Shown: in pieces, positions 12,401-23,434 of the stretch
How positions within the stretch are numbered: position 1 is the first letter of the stretch
Layout: every line of letters begins with the position of its first letter
Assembly (NCBI RefSeq): GCF_036365525.1
Contig: NC_090387.1
Coordinates: 71,015,535 to 71,079,534, forward strand
Direction: 5' to 3'
DNA: 64,000 bases
Source: Heterodontus francisci
Taxonomy: Eukaryota
Notes under the pieces: model-generated
Told to the model about the DNA's origin: nothing
Database searches by the model: none
Seen by the model: the letters and a program-made list of their open reading frames with translations, nothing else
Made by a program: the position numbers and the translations under genes

Positions 12401-15400
12401 GATTCCAGCTGAACCAGGAAACTTCCTTTGTCCCAGTTTCCAAACAGGAATTTCAGAGCGATTCCCCCGTCGTAACTTCGGCGGAAAGCCGGCAGAAATT
12501 GCTCTGACTTAGACGTCCCGTGCAAACCCTTCACAAGTAAACACAATATTCCAAATGTAAACTAGGGTCGGGAGAAAATACAATTAAATAGGATCGAGAA
12601 ATAGTTGAATTCGAAAAGGATAGATTGAATGAATATTGCAGTGTAAAATAGTTTCGATAAAATGACTAGATCTAGAACTGAATACAATCGGATTCATTTC
12701 CATTGGAAACTGGCATCAGAATAATATGAGATTTCTCTCGTCTGTCCCACAGCTCACCTCGATTCTCCGCTGATTATTCCAACTCTGTTTCGAAAAGACT
12801 CGGCGGTTTTCCTCAAACTTGCCTGTAACATTGGCGGCGTTCACTCCAAGGATCTGAGTGTGAACTGGTTTGTGAACGGCATCGAGACAGTAACTGGAAT
12901 CCGCAAAGATCTTCAGCCACGGTCAGGCGGCCTCTTCCAGATCTCCAGCTATTTGGAGGAATCGCAGCCTGCTCAGAATGGGACAGTTTATACCTGTCGG
13001 GTCTCCTACCCAGACAGACAAGTTCAAACCCTTTACACCTACATTTCTGGTGCTGAAGGTACGGTCATTTTAACAGATTCTTAAAGGTTGCTCGAGACTT
13101 GTAGATTTAGTCTGATGTGCACAAGATCTATGGCATTGAATTGATGTCCCTGGATGACAATTTAAGACACGCTGGGTGGGAATAGCTGATGGTTTACTGC
13201 TGTTTTGTTCGTGGTAACGGAGGGGAGACGTTCAGATCCAGTCTTGGTATTTAAATAATGCAATAATAAAGTGAAACCAGAGCGGATCTTTTGGGTCACT
13301 CCCGCCTTAGTAACAACGGACGCGACTGACGCTAGTTTTCAACTGGCCTCCAGTTTCGAGGTGGTGAGAATCATGGAGGGGAGCGATGCCTTCCACCTGG
13401 AATACAATGCCTGGAAACCCCGGTAGTGAAATAATAACTTTCAAAAGGGAACTAGGTATAAATTTGAAAAGGAAACCTATCCAGGGCTTACAGGGAAAGA
13501 GCAGGGGAATGGGACTAACCGAATAACCATCTCAAAGGAACGATGGGCCGAATAGCTTCCTCCTGTGCTGTATGATTTTATAATATCCCCTTATCAATGG
13601 CGTTTCTCTCCGAGTGGAAGCAGCTAATGGCAAACTTCTGGGATAATGACTTTGAGCATAGAGAATTGGGAGAGGTAGATAGCACTAGAGTAGGAATTAG
13701 TAAAGTATTAGGTTGGGTCAGAGTAAGAGGGAAAGTGATAAAGTCTAAATGACGGTTACTGTGCACACATGTGAGAACACAGTGTGTGGTAAATAAGGTT
13801 GCTGAGTTACAGGCGCAGATATCCACATGGAAGTATGATGGTGCGGGAATAATGGAGTCCTGACTCAAAGAAGGACAGGACTGGCTACTAAATATTTCCG
13901 GATACAAAGTGTTCAGGAAAGATAGGAAAGGAAGGAAAGGGAGAGGGGTGGCAGTATTGATTAAGGAGAGCATTGCAGTGCGAGAGGATATCCCAGAAAG
14001 GTTGAGGACAGAATCCACTTGGCTGGAGCTGAGGAACTAAAAAGGTGCAGTTACATTGCTCGGTGTAGTCTGTAGGCCACCAACTAGTGGGAAAGATGTA
14101 GAGGAACAAATTTGCAAAGAAATTAAAGAGAGGTGCACGAATTATAGAGTAGTTATAATGGAGGACTTTAATCATCTGAATATAAACTGGGATAGCAGTA
14201 GTTTTTTTAATATTTATTCATGGGATGTGGACATCACTGGCTAGGCCAGCATTTATTGCCCATCCCTAATTGCCCTTGAGAATGTGGTGGTGAGCTTCCT
14301 TCTTGAACCGCTGCAGTCCATGTGGGGTAGGTACACCTACAGTGCTGTTAGGAAGGAAGTTCCAGGATTTTGACCCAACGACAGTGAAGGAACAGCGATA
14401 TAATTCCAAGTCAGGATGGTGTGCGGCTTGGAGAAGAACTTTCAGGGCAGAGAGAAGCGAGAGTTCCTAGAGGGTGTTCAGGAGAATTTTCTACAGCAGT
14501 ATGTTTCCAGTCCAAAGAGAAAGGAGGCACTGCTAGACCCGGTCCTTGGGAATTAGGTGGGCCAAGTGGATCAAGTGTCAGTAGGGGAACATTTAGGGGA
14601 CAGTGATCGTTGTATCATAAGGTTTAGGTTGGCTATGGAAAAGGACAAGCAACAATCCAGAGTAAGAATAATTAACTGGGGGAAAGACAACTTCAATGGG
14701 GTAAGAATGGATCTGACCCAGATAAATTCGAACCAAAGTTTGGCAAGCAAAATGGTAACTGAACAATGGGCTGCCTTTAAAGAAGAGATAGTTCAGGCAT
14801 AATCAAGGTATATTCTCAAGAAGGGGAAAGGTAGGGCAAACAACTCCAGAGCTCCCTGGATGACAGAAGAGATAGAGATTAGGATGAGGAATGGGGCCGA
14901 TTAGGGACCAAAAAGGGGATTTACACATGGAGACAGAGGGCATGGCTGAGGTATTTAATGAATAGTTTGCATCTGTCTTTACCAAGGCAGAAGATGCTGC
15001 CCAGGTCACGGTGAAAGCGGAGGTAACTTTGACACCTGAAGGGTTTAAAATTGATAAGGAGGAGGTATTGGGTAGGCTAGCTGTACTTAAAGTTGATAAG
15101 GCACCAGGACTGGATGAAATGCATGCAAGGATATGAAGGGAGGTGAGAGTGGTAATTGCAGAGGCACCGGCCATAATTTTCCAGTCTTCCTTAGACTCAG
15201 GGTTGCTGCCAGAGGACTGGAGAATTGCAAATGTTATACCCTTGTTCAAAAACGGGTGTAAAGATAAGCCCAGCAACTACAGGATAGTCAGTTTAACCAA
15301 AGTGGTGGGGAAACTTTTAGAAATGATAACTCGGGACAAAATTAATAGTCATTTGGACAAATGCAGGTTAATTAGGGAAACCCAGCACAGATTTGTAAAG

Positions 15401-18400
15401 GGCAGATCGTGTTCCACGAACTTGCTGGAGTTTTTTGATGAGATAGCAGAGAAGGTTGATCAGGGCAATGCTGTCGATGTGGTGTACATGGACATCTGAA
15501 AAGCATTTGAGATAGTGCCACACAACAGACTTGTGAGCAAAGTGATAGCTCATGGAATAAAAGGGACAGTAGCAACATGGATACAAAATTAGCTGAGTGA
15601 CAGGAAACAGAGAGTAGTGGTTAATGGATGTTTTTCGGGCTGGAGGAAAGTTTGTCGTGGAGGTCTCCAGGGGTCAGTGTCAGGACCCTTGCTTTTCCTG
15701 ATATATATTAATGACCTAGACCTTGGTATTCAGTGCACAATTTCAAAGTTTGTGGATGATACAAAATGTGGAAACATGAACTGTGAGGAGGACAGAACAT
15801 TACTACAAAAGACATAGACAAGTTGGTGGAATGGGTGGACAAGTGGCAAATGAAATTTAAGGCAGAGGAAGGTGAAGTGATTCATTTTGGTAGGAAGAAC
15901 GCAGAAAGAAATTATAAAACAAAGGGTGCAATTCTAAAGAAGGTACAGGAGCAGAGGGATCTGGGTGTGTCTGTGCATAAATCATTGAAGATGGCAGGGT
16001 AGGTTGAGAGCGCAGTTAATAGAGCACACAGCATCTTAGGCTTCATTAATAGGGGCAGAGAGTACAAAAGCAAGGAAGTTATGCTAAACTTATATAAAAA
16101 AAACTGGTTCGGCCTCCACTGGAATATTGTGTCCAGTTCAGAAAAACGTGAAGGCATTGGAGAGAGTGCAGAAAAAGTTCATGAGAATGTTTCCAGGGAT
16201 GAGGAACTTAAGTTATTTGAATAGATTGGAGAAGTTGGACTGTTTGCTTTGGCAAAGAGAAAGTTGAGAGGAGATTTGACAGAGATATTCAAAATCATGA
16301 GGGTCTGGGCAGGTAGATAGGGAAAAACTGTTCCCATTGGTCGAAGGATCCAGAGCAAGAGGGCGCAGATTTAAGACAATTGGCAAAAGAAGCAATAGAG
16401 ACATGTGGAAAAACTTTTTCACGCAGCGAGTGGTTAGGATCTGGAATGCACTGCCTGACAGTGTGATGGAGGCAGGTTCAATCGAGGCATTCAAGAGGGA
16501 ATTGGATTGTTATAGAACATAGAACATAGAACATAGAACATTACAGCGCAGTACAGGCCCTTCAGCCCTCGATGTTGCGCCGACCTGTGAAACCATCTGA
16601 CCTACACTATTCCATTTTCATCCATATGTCTATCCAATGACCACTTAAATGCCCTTAAAGTTGGCGAGTCTACTACTGTTCCAGGCAGGGCGTTCCACGC
16701 CCCTACTACTCTCTGTGTAAAGAAACTACCTCTGACATCTGTCCTATATCTATCTGAAAAGGAAGAATGTGCAGGGCTACGGGGAGAAGGCCGAGGAGTG
16801 ACACTAGGTAAATTGCTCCTTTGGAGAGCCAGCACAGACACGACGAGCTGAATGGCCTCCTTTTGTGCTGTAATGATTCTGTGATTAGAATCCTGCAGCA
16901 ACAACCATTTCTCACCCGACCCACTCTTTTTTAAAATTCTTTCATGGGATGTGGGCATTACTGGCAATGCCAGCATTTGTTGCCCATCCCTAATTGCCCT
17001 TGAACTGAGTGGCTTGCTGGGCCATTTCAGAGGGCAGTTAAGAGTCAACCACATTGCTGTCGGACCAGGTAAGACAAGCAGATTTCCTTCCCTAAAGGAC
17101 ATTAGTGAACCAGAGGGGTTCAATGATACCTTCATGGCACCATTCCTGAAACTAGCTTTCAATTTCAGATTTTTTTTAATTGAATTGAATTTATTAATTA
17201 ATTGAGTTTAAATTCCACTAGCTGCTGTGGTGGGATTTGAACCCATGCCTGCAGAGAATTAACCTAAACATCTGAACTACTAGTTCAGTAATATTACCAA
17301 TATGCCATTGTTTCCTGTCTCTGGGTAGGAGCTCGCTGAAGGCATTAAAATGAGATTGCCCTGTCAAAATTCCGAAGGGTTAGTTCAGGGGGCAGTCCCA
17401 CGTGTTCGCAGTTCCAGCGCCAATGTCAATGGAGAGGAAAGATTAAGATACAATGTACAGGTTGTATTTTAACAAAATGGATCACAGTCCTAACAGGCAC
17501 CTTAATTCAAAGTCACTTGGGTGGCAGCCCTTCATTTTAAAGGCACAGGGTTTTCATCAGAAAGTGTATAGTACACCTATATTTATTGGAGAGTGAAGAC
17601 CAAAAGAGCAATGTATAATTTTTGCTGCGACAATGTGATCTGGAATTGACACAGTCATGTACTTTGTAATTCATGTAGCTGCTTAAGGTGCTTGTAAGCA
17701 AAGAAATATTTTATCAAATGCCTGCTCACGAAGTTAAGGTAGCAATATTTTTAATTTCAGAAAATTCCTGTCAGTGTAATGCAGAAATTAAAGTAGAATC
17801 TGTTCAATTCTAAATTACGTTGACAACTTGTAGCAGGAGCTGAGCAGCAACAGTGGGATTGAGTGCAGGTCTGTAACAGAGAAGTGCTGGCAGTAACAGT
17901 GAGATTCTCCAGTCCATCAGTGGGATAGAGTGCAGGTCTCTCACAGAGGAGCTCAATAGCAATGGTGAGATTCTCCAGTCCAGGTCTGTCACAGAGAAGG
18001 ATCAACGGCAAAGGTGAGATCCTCCAGTCCATCAATAAGAGGGAGTGCGGGACTGTCAAAGAGAAGGGTAGGTTTTTGCAGTGAATGAGGGCATGGCTAG
18101 ATTAGGAGAGAATAGAGAAGGTAAATTGAAACATTTCTCCTCTACCCATTGCCCCATTATTTCTCTGGCTTAATTTTACAAAAATACATGTATATTTCTA
18201 ACCAGCATTATTTGCAACCACTATGTTTACTAACCAGGATGTGGTATTGTCAGATTAAATCACATTGTTACTGTGTATATCAGTGTTTAAATTTACGTGT
18301 TGACAGGTGCATGTGTTGTATTCTTCACACATTTCCTGTGCTGTGATATAACAATTACATTGAGACATGTATTTGTATTTGAGATGTTGCAGAGCAAGAA

Positions 18401-21400
18401 TCAGATCTTCTACCCTGGTGGATCTATATCTGTATAGGGAGTGGAGCTTTCCTCTTGCTGCTCCTGGTTACATCAATACTTTGTAAATTCTGTGTATGCA
18501 GAGGTAAGCATGCCATATTTTGTTCAACAGTTTAAATTTAGAATGTTCAATATACTTTATATAAACACAAGTTACAATGAACTGAAGTGATATTGCAAGT
18601 GAATTATATTTGTCTGAAGTAACTTTACTCATGGATTTAAAAAATAAGTTCAGTGAACACTGAGAAGAGCTTCGTAACAATGGGGAAGTTGATACTCTTC
18701 TGTGGTGAATAATATAGCATTTATCGTACATCACCATACAAACTCTTCAGTTACTTGTTTGATATGTGAATGGAGTAAATCTTGAAGAATCTCAGTTTTT
18801 GCAAGAGAGGAAAAATATTGGATCACCGCCACAAATATTTACACCGTGTATTGCATCAACTATCCTATTATTACATATTCCACAGTGGAGCCTAGCTCTG
18901 TCCCATTTCTGGTAGATATGATAGAAAAGAGTGGTATGTATAAATAATGCAAGCAAAATTATGTTATGCTGGCCGGGAGTTCTGGCGTTTCCTTGCAAGT
19001 CTACATATAAGATTGTGGTAACTCTCCATAATTTCAAGTGTTTATGTCATATTAGATTTTCTAAAGGGTAGTTTAAAACCGTATAGGCTGGACTTTATCA
19101 ATAGCAAAGACTTAAAAGTAACCTTATTATTTATCCAAGCTATAGCTTTCCCCCTGGCTAAAGGTTGACCAGCCCCACAACATCTAAAGCCCATAAACTA
19201 TATTAGCTCATAACCTCGATAAGGGATACTATATTCCTAGATATTGGGGATCACTCTAACCACCTGCACAATCTAGATATTAGGGATCTCACTTACCTAC
19301 CCTCACAATCTAGCTATCGGGGATCACTCTTGTCCACCAATACAATCTAGATATTGGGGATCACTCTTGTCCACCATCATAATCTAGATGTTGGGGATCA
19401 CGCTCGCCTACCCTCACGATCTAGATATTGGGGATCACTCTCATCTACCTTTATGATCCAGATATTGGGATCATTCTCATCCACACTCACCATCTAGATA
19501 TGGGGGAATCACTCTCACCTATCCTCATGGTCTAGATATTGGGAATCAATCTCGTCCACATTCATGAGCTAGATATTGGGGATCACTCTCATCTACCCTC
19601 ACAATCTAGATATTGGGGATCAGTCTCATCTTCCCTCATGATCTACATTTTGGGGTTCACTCTCATCTACCCTCCTGATCTAGATATTAGGGATCACTCT
19701 CGTCCACCCTCACAATCTAGATATTGGGGAATCAGTCTCATCTACCCTCATGATCTAGATATTAGGGATCACGCTTGTCCACTCTCGTGATCTAGATAAT
19801 GGGAATCACTCTCATCCACACTCACAATCTAGATGTTGGGGTTCACTCTTGCCCACCATTACAATCTAGATATTGGAGATCACTCTCTTCTACCCTCCTG
19901 ATCTAGATATTATGGATTACTCTTGTCGACCCTCACAATCTAGATATTGGGAAATCACTCTCATTTACCATCATGATCGAGATATTAGGGATCACGCTCG
20001 TCCACTTTTTTGATCTAGATATTGGGGATCACTCTCACCTACCGTCACAATCTAGATATTGGGGATTACTCTCACCTACCCTCATGATCTAGATTAAAAA
20101 TCAACTAGTTATGTTGAAGTTAATTTGATAGGTAAACAAGCAAGGCAAGTTAGTAAGTAACTAAATCTAGTTACATTAATTCATAACTGAGACCATTTTC
20201 TTTCACTAATATCTGCAACTGACTACTGTAATTATACTGAAGACTCATTTAATTGGCAACTGATATTAGTCAGATTGTTCTGAACTGAAGTGTAGATTTG
20301 ATTTCTGGTGAGCAGGCAATGATTGACAGTGAAAAATTGTGGTTATATTTAATAGGCATCTGGCTTGAAAATTGAAATATTTGATTTGCTCAAGCATTCG
20401 GATCTATGAAATGATATGAAGTATATGGCAGTGTCATTTACATTCATAATGGGGTTCTATTAGATTATGCAACTGAGATATTTCCATTAATTGGTTTAGC
20501 TCAAACACAATGGTACATTGAAAGGCAATCTGCTGCTCGACCCATCCCTATCTTCAAGAGAATTTGTTTAAGGTCATATTATTTACTATAAATTTATTCT
20601 CTGCTAGGCAAACGGAAAAGAGCAGAGAAGATAAATGTTCAAGAACAACAGGTAACTTGTTTATAATCCTTTTTATCAGCTGCTGTGAAATTTCTTTAAA
20701 ATATGTTTTATGAAGACTGAAATGTCCTAACTACGGACAACAGTGAAAAGAGAATTAAGACTATGCAGCAAAGGTTTTCCACAGCAATTTTCTTTGGACA
20801 TTCCACCCTGGATCATAGACAAAATTAGAATAATTAGAAATTGTTGTGTTCCCTCTGTTATCTTGAAGGATTGTCTAATGACTTTTATATATATATATAT
20901 ATTTATATTTATTCATTCTCCTGGAAGTACTAACTCATGCTAGAATACAGTGCTGTAGACTGGGTTCCCTGTGGTACCTAGTTGAAGTGACACTAACATG
21001 TACAAACCTGAACAGTATGCCTCCAATTATAAGCAGTGGGTGCTGGAAACATTGTGCACAAACACCGAAGCAGGCGACGCACTCGACAACAATGGAGCTG
21101 TCGAGGCCCAGTCAAATCTAACGTGCGGGCCTCATTTCATCAAATTTCATTGGAGTCTCGCCCTAACACAGCCAGATCTGCTACCTGGCTGGTGGACAGG
21201 AGCAGAAAGTAGGAGGGGGCAGGAGATGCAATTGGGTACTCGTGGGAAATGTCACTGGTAAATAGTGGGGAGAGTGAATGCCTGGGGCAAGCAAGGTGGG
21301 GCACAGAGGGATTTTGATGCTGTCAAAAGTCAATATCTGTCAATCTCTTTTGTACTATTGTCTTGCAGCATATGCAGCAACCAGCTAATTACAAGATGGC

Positions 21401-21629
21401 ATATACTGCTGTGGATTTCAGCAACCTTGAAAAAGACACAAAGCACCAGCACATGAATAAGAGACCAGCATGCTCCCACATGCCACCAAGAAACCAGCAG
21501 AGACATGACAAGGTTATTTATGCAACACCGCAACTCAAACAGCACCAGGGCAGAAAGATGGGCCCGCTGTCCACTGAACCCAAGAACAACAAATCAGTTA
21601 CGAGCAAGAAGTTTGTTCTCCAATCTTAG
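3426..21629 (+). CDS. Spliced gene for a non-rearranging IgSF membrane receptor, L-VJ-C1-TM-cytoplasmic (NKp30/NCR3-like V domain), ~361 aa; exons 3426-3471, 3971-4288, 12753-13058, 18393-18503, 20608-20651, 21369-21629
   Basis: All six exons have GT/AG sites with compatible phases (1,1,1,1,0). Lengths 46+318+306+111+44+261=1086 nt give one open frame ending in TAG, with a coherent domain order. Confidence 0.9.
3699..3938 (+). mobile_element. Two Penelope pLTR end fragments in intron 1 (one well preserved, 3699-3807; one degenerate, ~3843-3938)
   Basis: Reverse complement of the repeat at 1307-1385 and 33510-33615. Confidence 0.75.
3971..4288 (+). CDS. Exon 2, V-set Ig domain with fused J-like G strand
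   Basis: Acceptor TTTCTTTCTTTCTCCACAG. Motifs FYC, VHWW, DSGTYYC, GAGTRLQVT. Phase-1 donor G|GTAAG. Confidence 0.95.
6436..7560 (-). mobile_element. Old L2-clade LINE 3' portion
   Basis: aacttgcatttctgtagcgc L2-type tail. Degenerate RT remnant on minus (FDNINHT...LTGFQSYLL). Confidence 0.6.
8443..11991 (-). mobile_element. CR1/HER1 LINE 3' part (8443-8810 plus 11191-11991)
   Basis: RT C-terminal motif FYTQRVVEIWNSLP. The sequence resumes in register after the nested plus-strand CR1. Confidence 0.85.
8811..11189 (+). mobile_element. CR1/HER1 LINE, 5'-truncated, nested in the opposite-strand CR1
   Basis: KSPGPDGLHPRILKE, YLDFQKAFDKVPH, GVPQGSVLGP, FADDTK. ATGTTCTT tail; stops and frameshifts. 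Confidence 0.92.
12753..13058 (+). CDS. Exon 3, C1-set Ig constant domain
   Basis: Acceptor TCTCTCGTCTGTCCCACAG. Translation AHLDSPLIIPT...LKLACNIGGVHSKDLSVNW...GGLFQISSYL...YTCRVSY matches the C1 pattern CxxxGFYPxxIxVxW / GxFxxxSxL / YxCxVxH. Donor G|GTACGG. Confidence 0.9.
13380..13580 (+). mobile_element. Old CR1 3'-end fragment
   Basis: Degenerate ttcaaaagggaactaggtataaatttgaaaagg...cctcctgtgctgtatgatt tail. Confidence 0.6.
14202..14446 (-). mobile_element. 3' fragment of the tRNA-headed LINE family (matches 52275-52516)
   Basis: Direct similarity: gggatgtg...ggccagcatttattgcccatccctaattgcccttgagaa...ttccaggattttgaccc. Confidence 0.85.
16512..16754 (-). mobile_element. Young CR1 3'-end fragment with (ATGTTCT)n tail
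   Basis: Nearly identical to 30871-31106; interrupts the host CR1 at ttgttat|ctgaaaagg. Confidence 0.9.
16927..17315 (-). mobile_element. tRNA-derived SINE equal to the head (55233-55554) plus tail (52275-52350) of the LINE at 52275-55554
   Basis: A-box-like TGGCATATTGG (17297-17307), B box GGTTCAAATCC (17233-17243). Junction ttgcccttga|actgagtggc at 17003/17004. Confidence 0.85.
17850..18050. repeat. Short degenerate tandem repeat (~50-67 bp unit, ~3 copies)
   Basis: caggtctgt(a/c)acagaga...gtgagattctccagtcca recurs three times. Confidence 0.65.
18393..18503 (+). CDS. Exon 4, connecting peptide and transmembrane helix (EQESDLLPWWIYICIGSGAFLLLLLVTSILCKFCVCR)
   Basis: TTGCAG acceptor, G|GTAAGC donor, phase 1/1, uncharged hydrophobic stretch of ~23 aa. 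Too short for the ORF track. Confidence 0.88.
19235..20093. repeat. 37-bp minisatellite, ~23 copies, in intron 4
   Basis: Unit ATCTAGATATTGGGGATCACTCTCATCTACCCTCACA; TCTAGA recurs at 37-nt spacing (e.g. 19383, 19420). Confidence 0.95.
20608..20651 (+). CDS. Exon 5, basic juxtamembrane cytoplasmic exon (GKRKRAEKINVQEQQ)
   Basis: TTTATTCTCTGCTAG acceptor and CAG|GTAACT donor. Phase 1 in, phase 0 out links exons 4 and 6; supplies the stop-transfer KRKR. Confidence 0.75.
21369..21629 (+). CDS. Exon 6, terminal cytoplasmic exon with tyrosine motifs (MAYTAV, VIYATP)
   Basis: Acceptor CTTTTGTACTATTGTCTTGCAG, phase 0, within ORF 21363-21629, ends TAG. YTAVDF resembles ITIM-type YxxL/VxF. Confidence 0.82.
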   Translation, partial: HMQQPANYKMAYTAVDFSNLEKDTKHQHMNKRPACSHMPPRNQQRHDKVIYATPQLKQHQGRKMGPLSTEPKNNKSVTSKKFVLQS

Positions 21630-23428
21630 CTGGTCCTGAATTAACAGTTCAAAGTATATACTGACAGCACTTTTTAAAGGGTTTATTCAAGCCATAATAT
21701 CTTCAGTGTATATTTTCTTACTCAGTCCTCTCATGCATGTTATGAGTATCAGCCTTTGTTTTATAAATATGACAAATAATATGATGACAACTGATGTTAA
21801 TGACAATAGCTTGATTAGTGTTAGGCAGTAATCATCTGATCGCAGCATTCTGTAAACTTCTTAATACTATAAAGGAACTGTGGAGCCTACATAAATGAAA
21901 AGTCCTGGAATCTGAAATAGGATTCACATTAAATTGCAAGAAAAATGTTCAACCTCCCCCTTACCCCACCCACCCCCACCAATGCTAAGATCCTCCCCTT
22001 GGAGAGCACACAGTACATCAGAAAACAAAATGTGCTCTGCAAACTCACATGATCATTTGACTATTTTGCGCTTCTCAGTTGTGTGGGCCTGTGTACAGAA
22101 CTGGTAGCAAATGTTACTGAGGGGTTAAAATCCTCAGGCTGGAAAATAAGTTGGGAGGACACAGTTGTTGTGAGTTTTCAAACAGTCAAAAGAAACAACT
22201 ATTATGGGCAGAGAGAGGCATTTTGTGCAGAGCCAGCAGACAAGATTATAAAGTAAATAATGTCATCAGCTAAATTTAATGAGCAACTTCTTCACACAGA
22301 AGGCATGCAATGAGAAAATGCCATTTGGATCAATCCTTCCCTAAATCATACACAGTTTGCACCACGATGTATTTCATCTCCTGGTACAAATGAACAGCTA
22401 CAGCTGAGCCCAGAATGTAATCTAGCAAAACATCAGATCAACTGAGCACTTTTGTTTATACTATTCCACTCTGGCTGCATTCCACTGACACCCCTATTCC
22501 CATTACCTCAAGACATAGGAATCTGTATTCCATGTAGTGCTTGATATCTGTCTGTAGTTAACCAGATATTTATTTGGTTCTTCATAGAATCATACAACAC
22601 TGAAGGAAACAGCTATTGAATGTGTCCCACTCCTTTAAGTCTTTTTTTAAAATAAAGCAACTAATTGTCGTGTTAATTGCTTCTGATAGGAATCTGTACC
22701 AGAGATCAAGTTCTTTGTGTGCAAAAAATTAGAATATTTTAACCTGTGATTTTATTGTGCAGAACTCAATTAGTCTCTGCCCCAGAGTATTCTCTATTCG
22801 TTACTCTCCTGCTTTCTGCTAATCAGCCACTTTCCAATACAGCTGACACAATTGCCATTACTTTTAAGAGCATTTGTTGTCCTTGAAAGTCTCAAATGGA
22901 ACTGGGTAAAATTACTAGTTACCAGCTCTTGAATTGATGTACACCTCAAATTGTTAGACAGCTGCCACTGATATACAGGCTCCATCAGCTAATTGCATGT
23001 ACTGCAATTGTAGATGATATTCAGTGCTGAGGGGGCGATAGCAGTCTTGCTTGATGCTTCAACCACAATCTACATGCATTGATGGGGCACCATGACTGCA
23101 AGCAAAAAAGTGGAGCCTGTGATACACGTATGATGACAGTATGGTCATGGCACTGGTTTAGTGTTTTAATGCTTTAAAAATGAAATTAGTTTATACTACA
23201 GCAATCCCCAGCCAGCTGAGGCAGAAATTACAACAGTGCAAATAAATTAAAAAAATGAACCCAATATTTTGGTCTTAGCATTGAGATTATGGAAGTTTAA
23301 CAGATCAAAGCTGATAGATCAAAGTCAGTGGTTTTGCTGATGGTTCAGTCTGTCCTGTGCAATTTGAAAACGCCATTGGTTGATTTTATATGATGTATAT
23401 CTCTGCTCTGTAAGCTCTTTATCAGTAT

Positions 23429-23434
23429 AATAAA
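23429..23434 (+). terminator. Candidate polyadenylation signal for the VJ-C1 gene
   Basis: AATAAA followed by a T-rich stretch, ~1.8 kb after the stop. Alternatives at 22651 and 23241. Confidence 0.35.

Larger units (their letters stand above)
13590..16890 (+). mobile_element. Degenerate CR1 LINE ORF2 (APE and RT) with internal deletions and two nested inserts
   Basis: APE GVVCRPP, RT PEDWRIANVIPLFK and FVDDTK, 3' FFTQRVVRIWNALP. Confidence 0.88.

Noticed and set aside
19235-20093. CRISPR-like regularly spaced repeat
   Set aside because: The 'spacers' are homologous to each other, there are no cas genes, and it lies in a vertebrate intron: a minisatellite.
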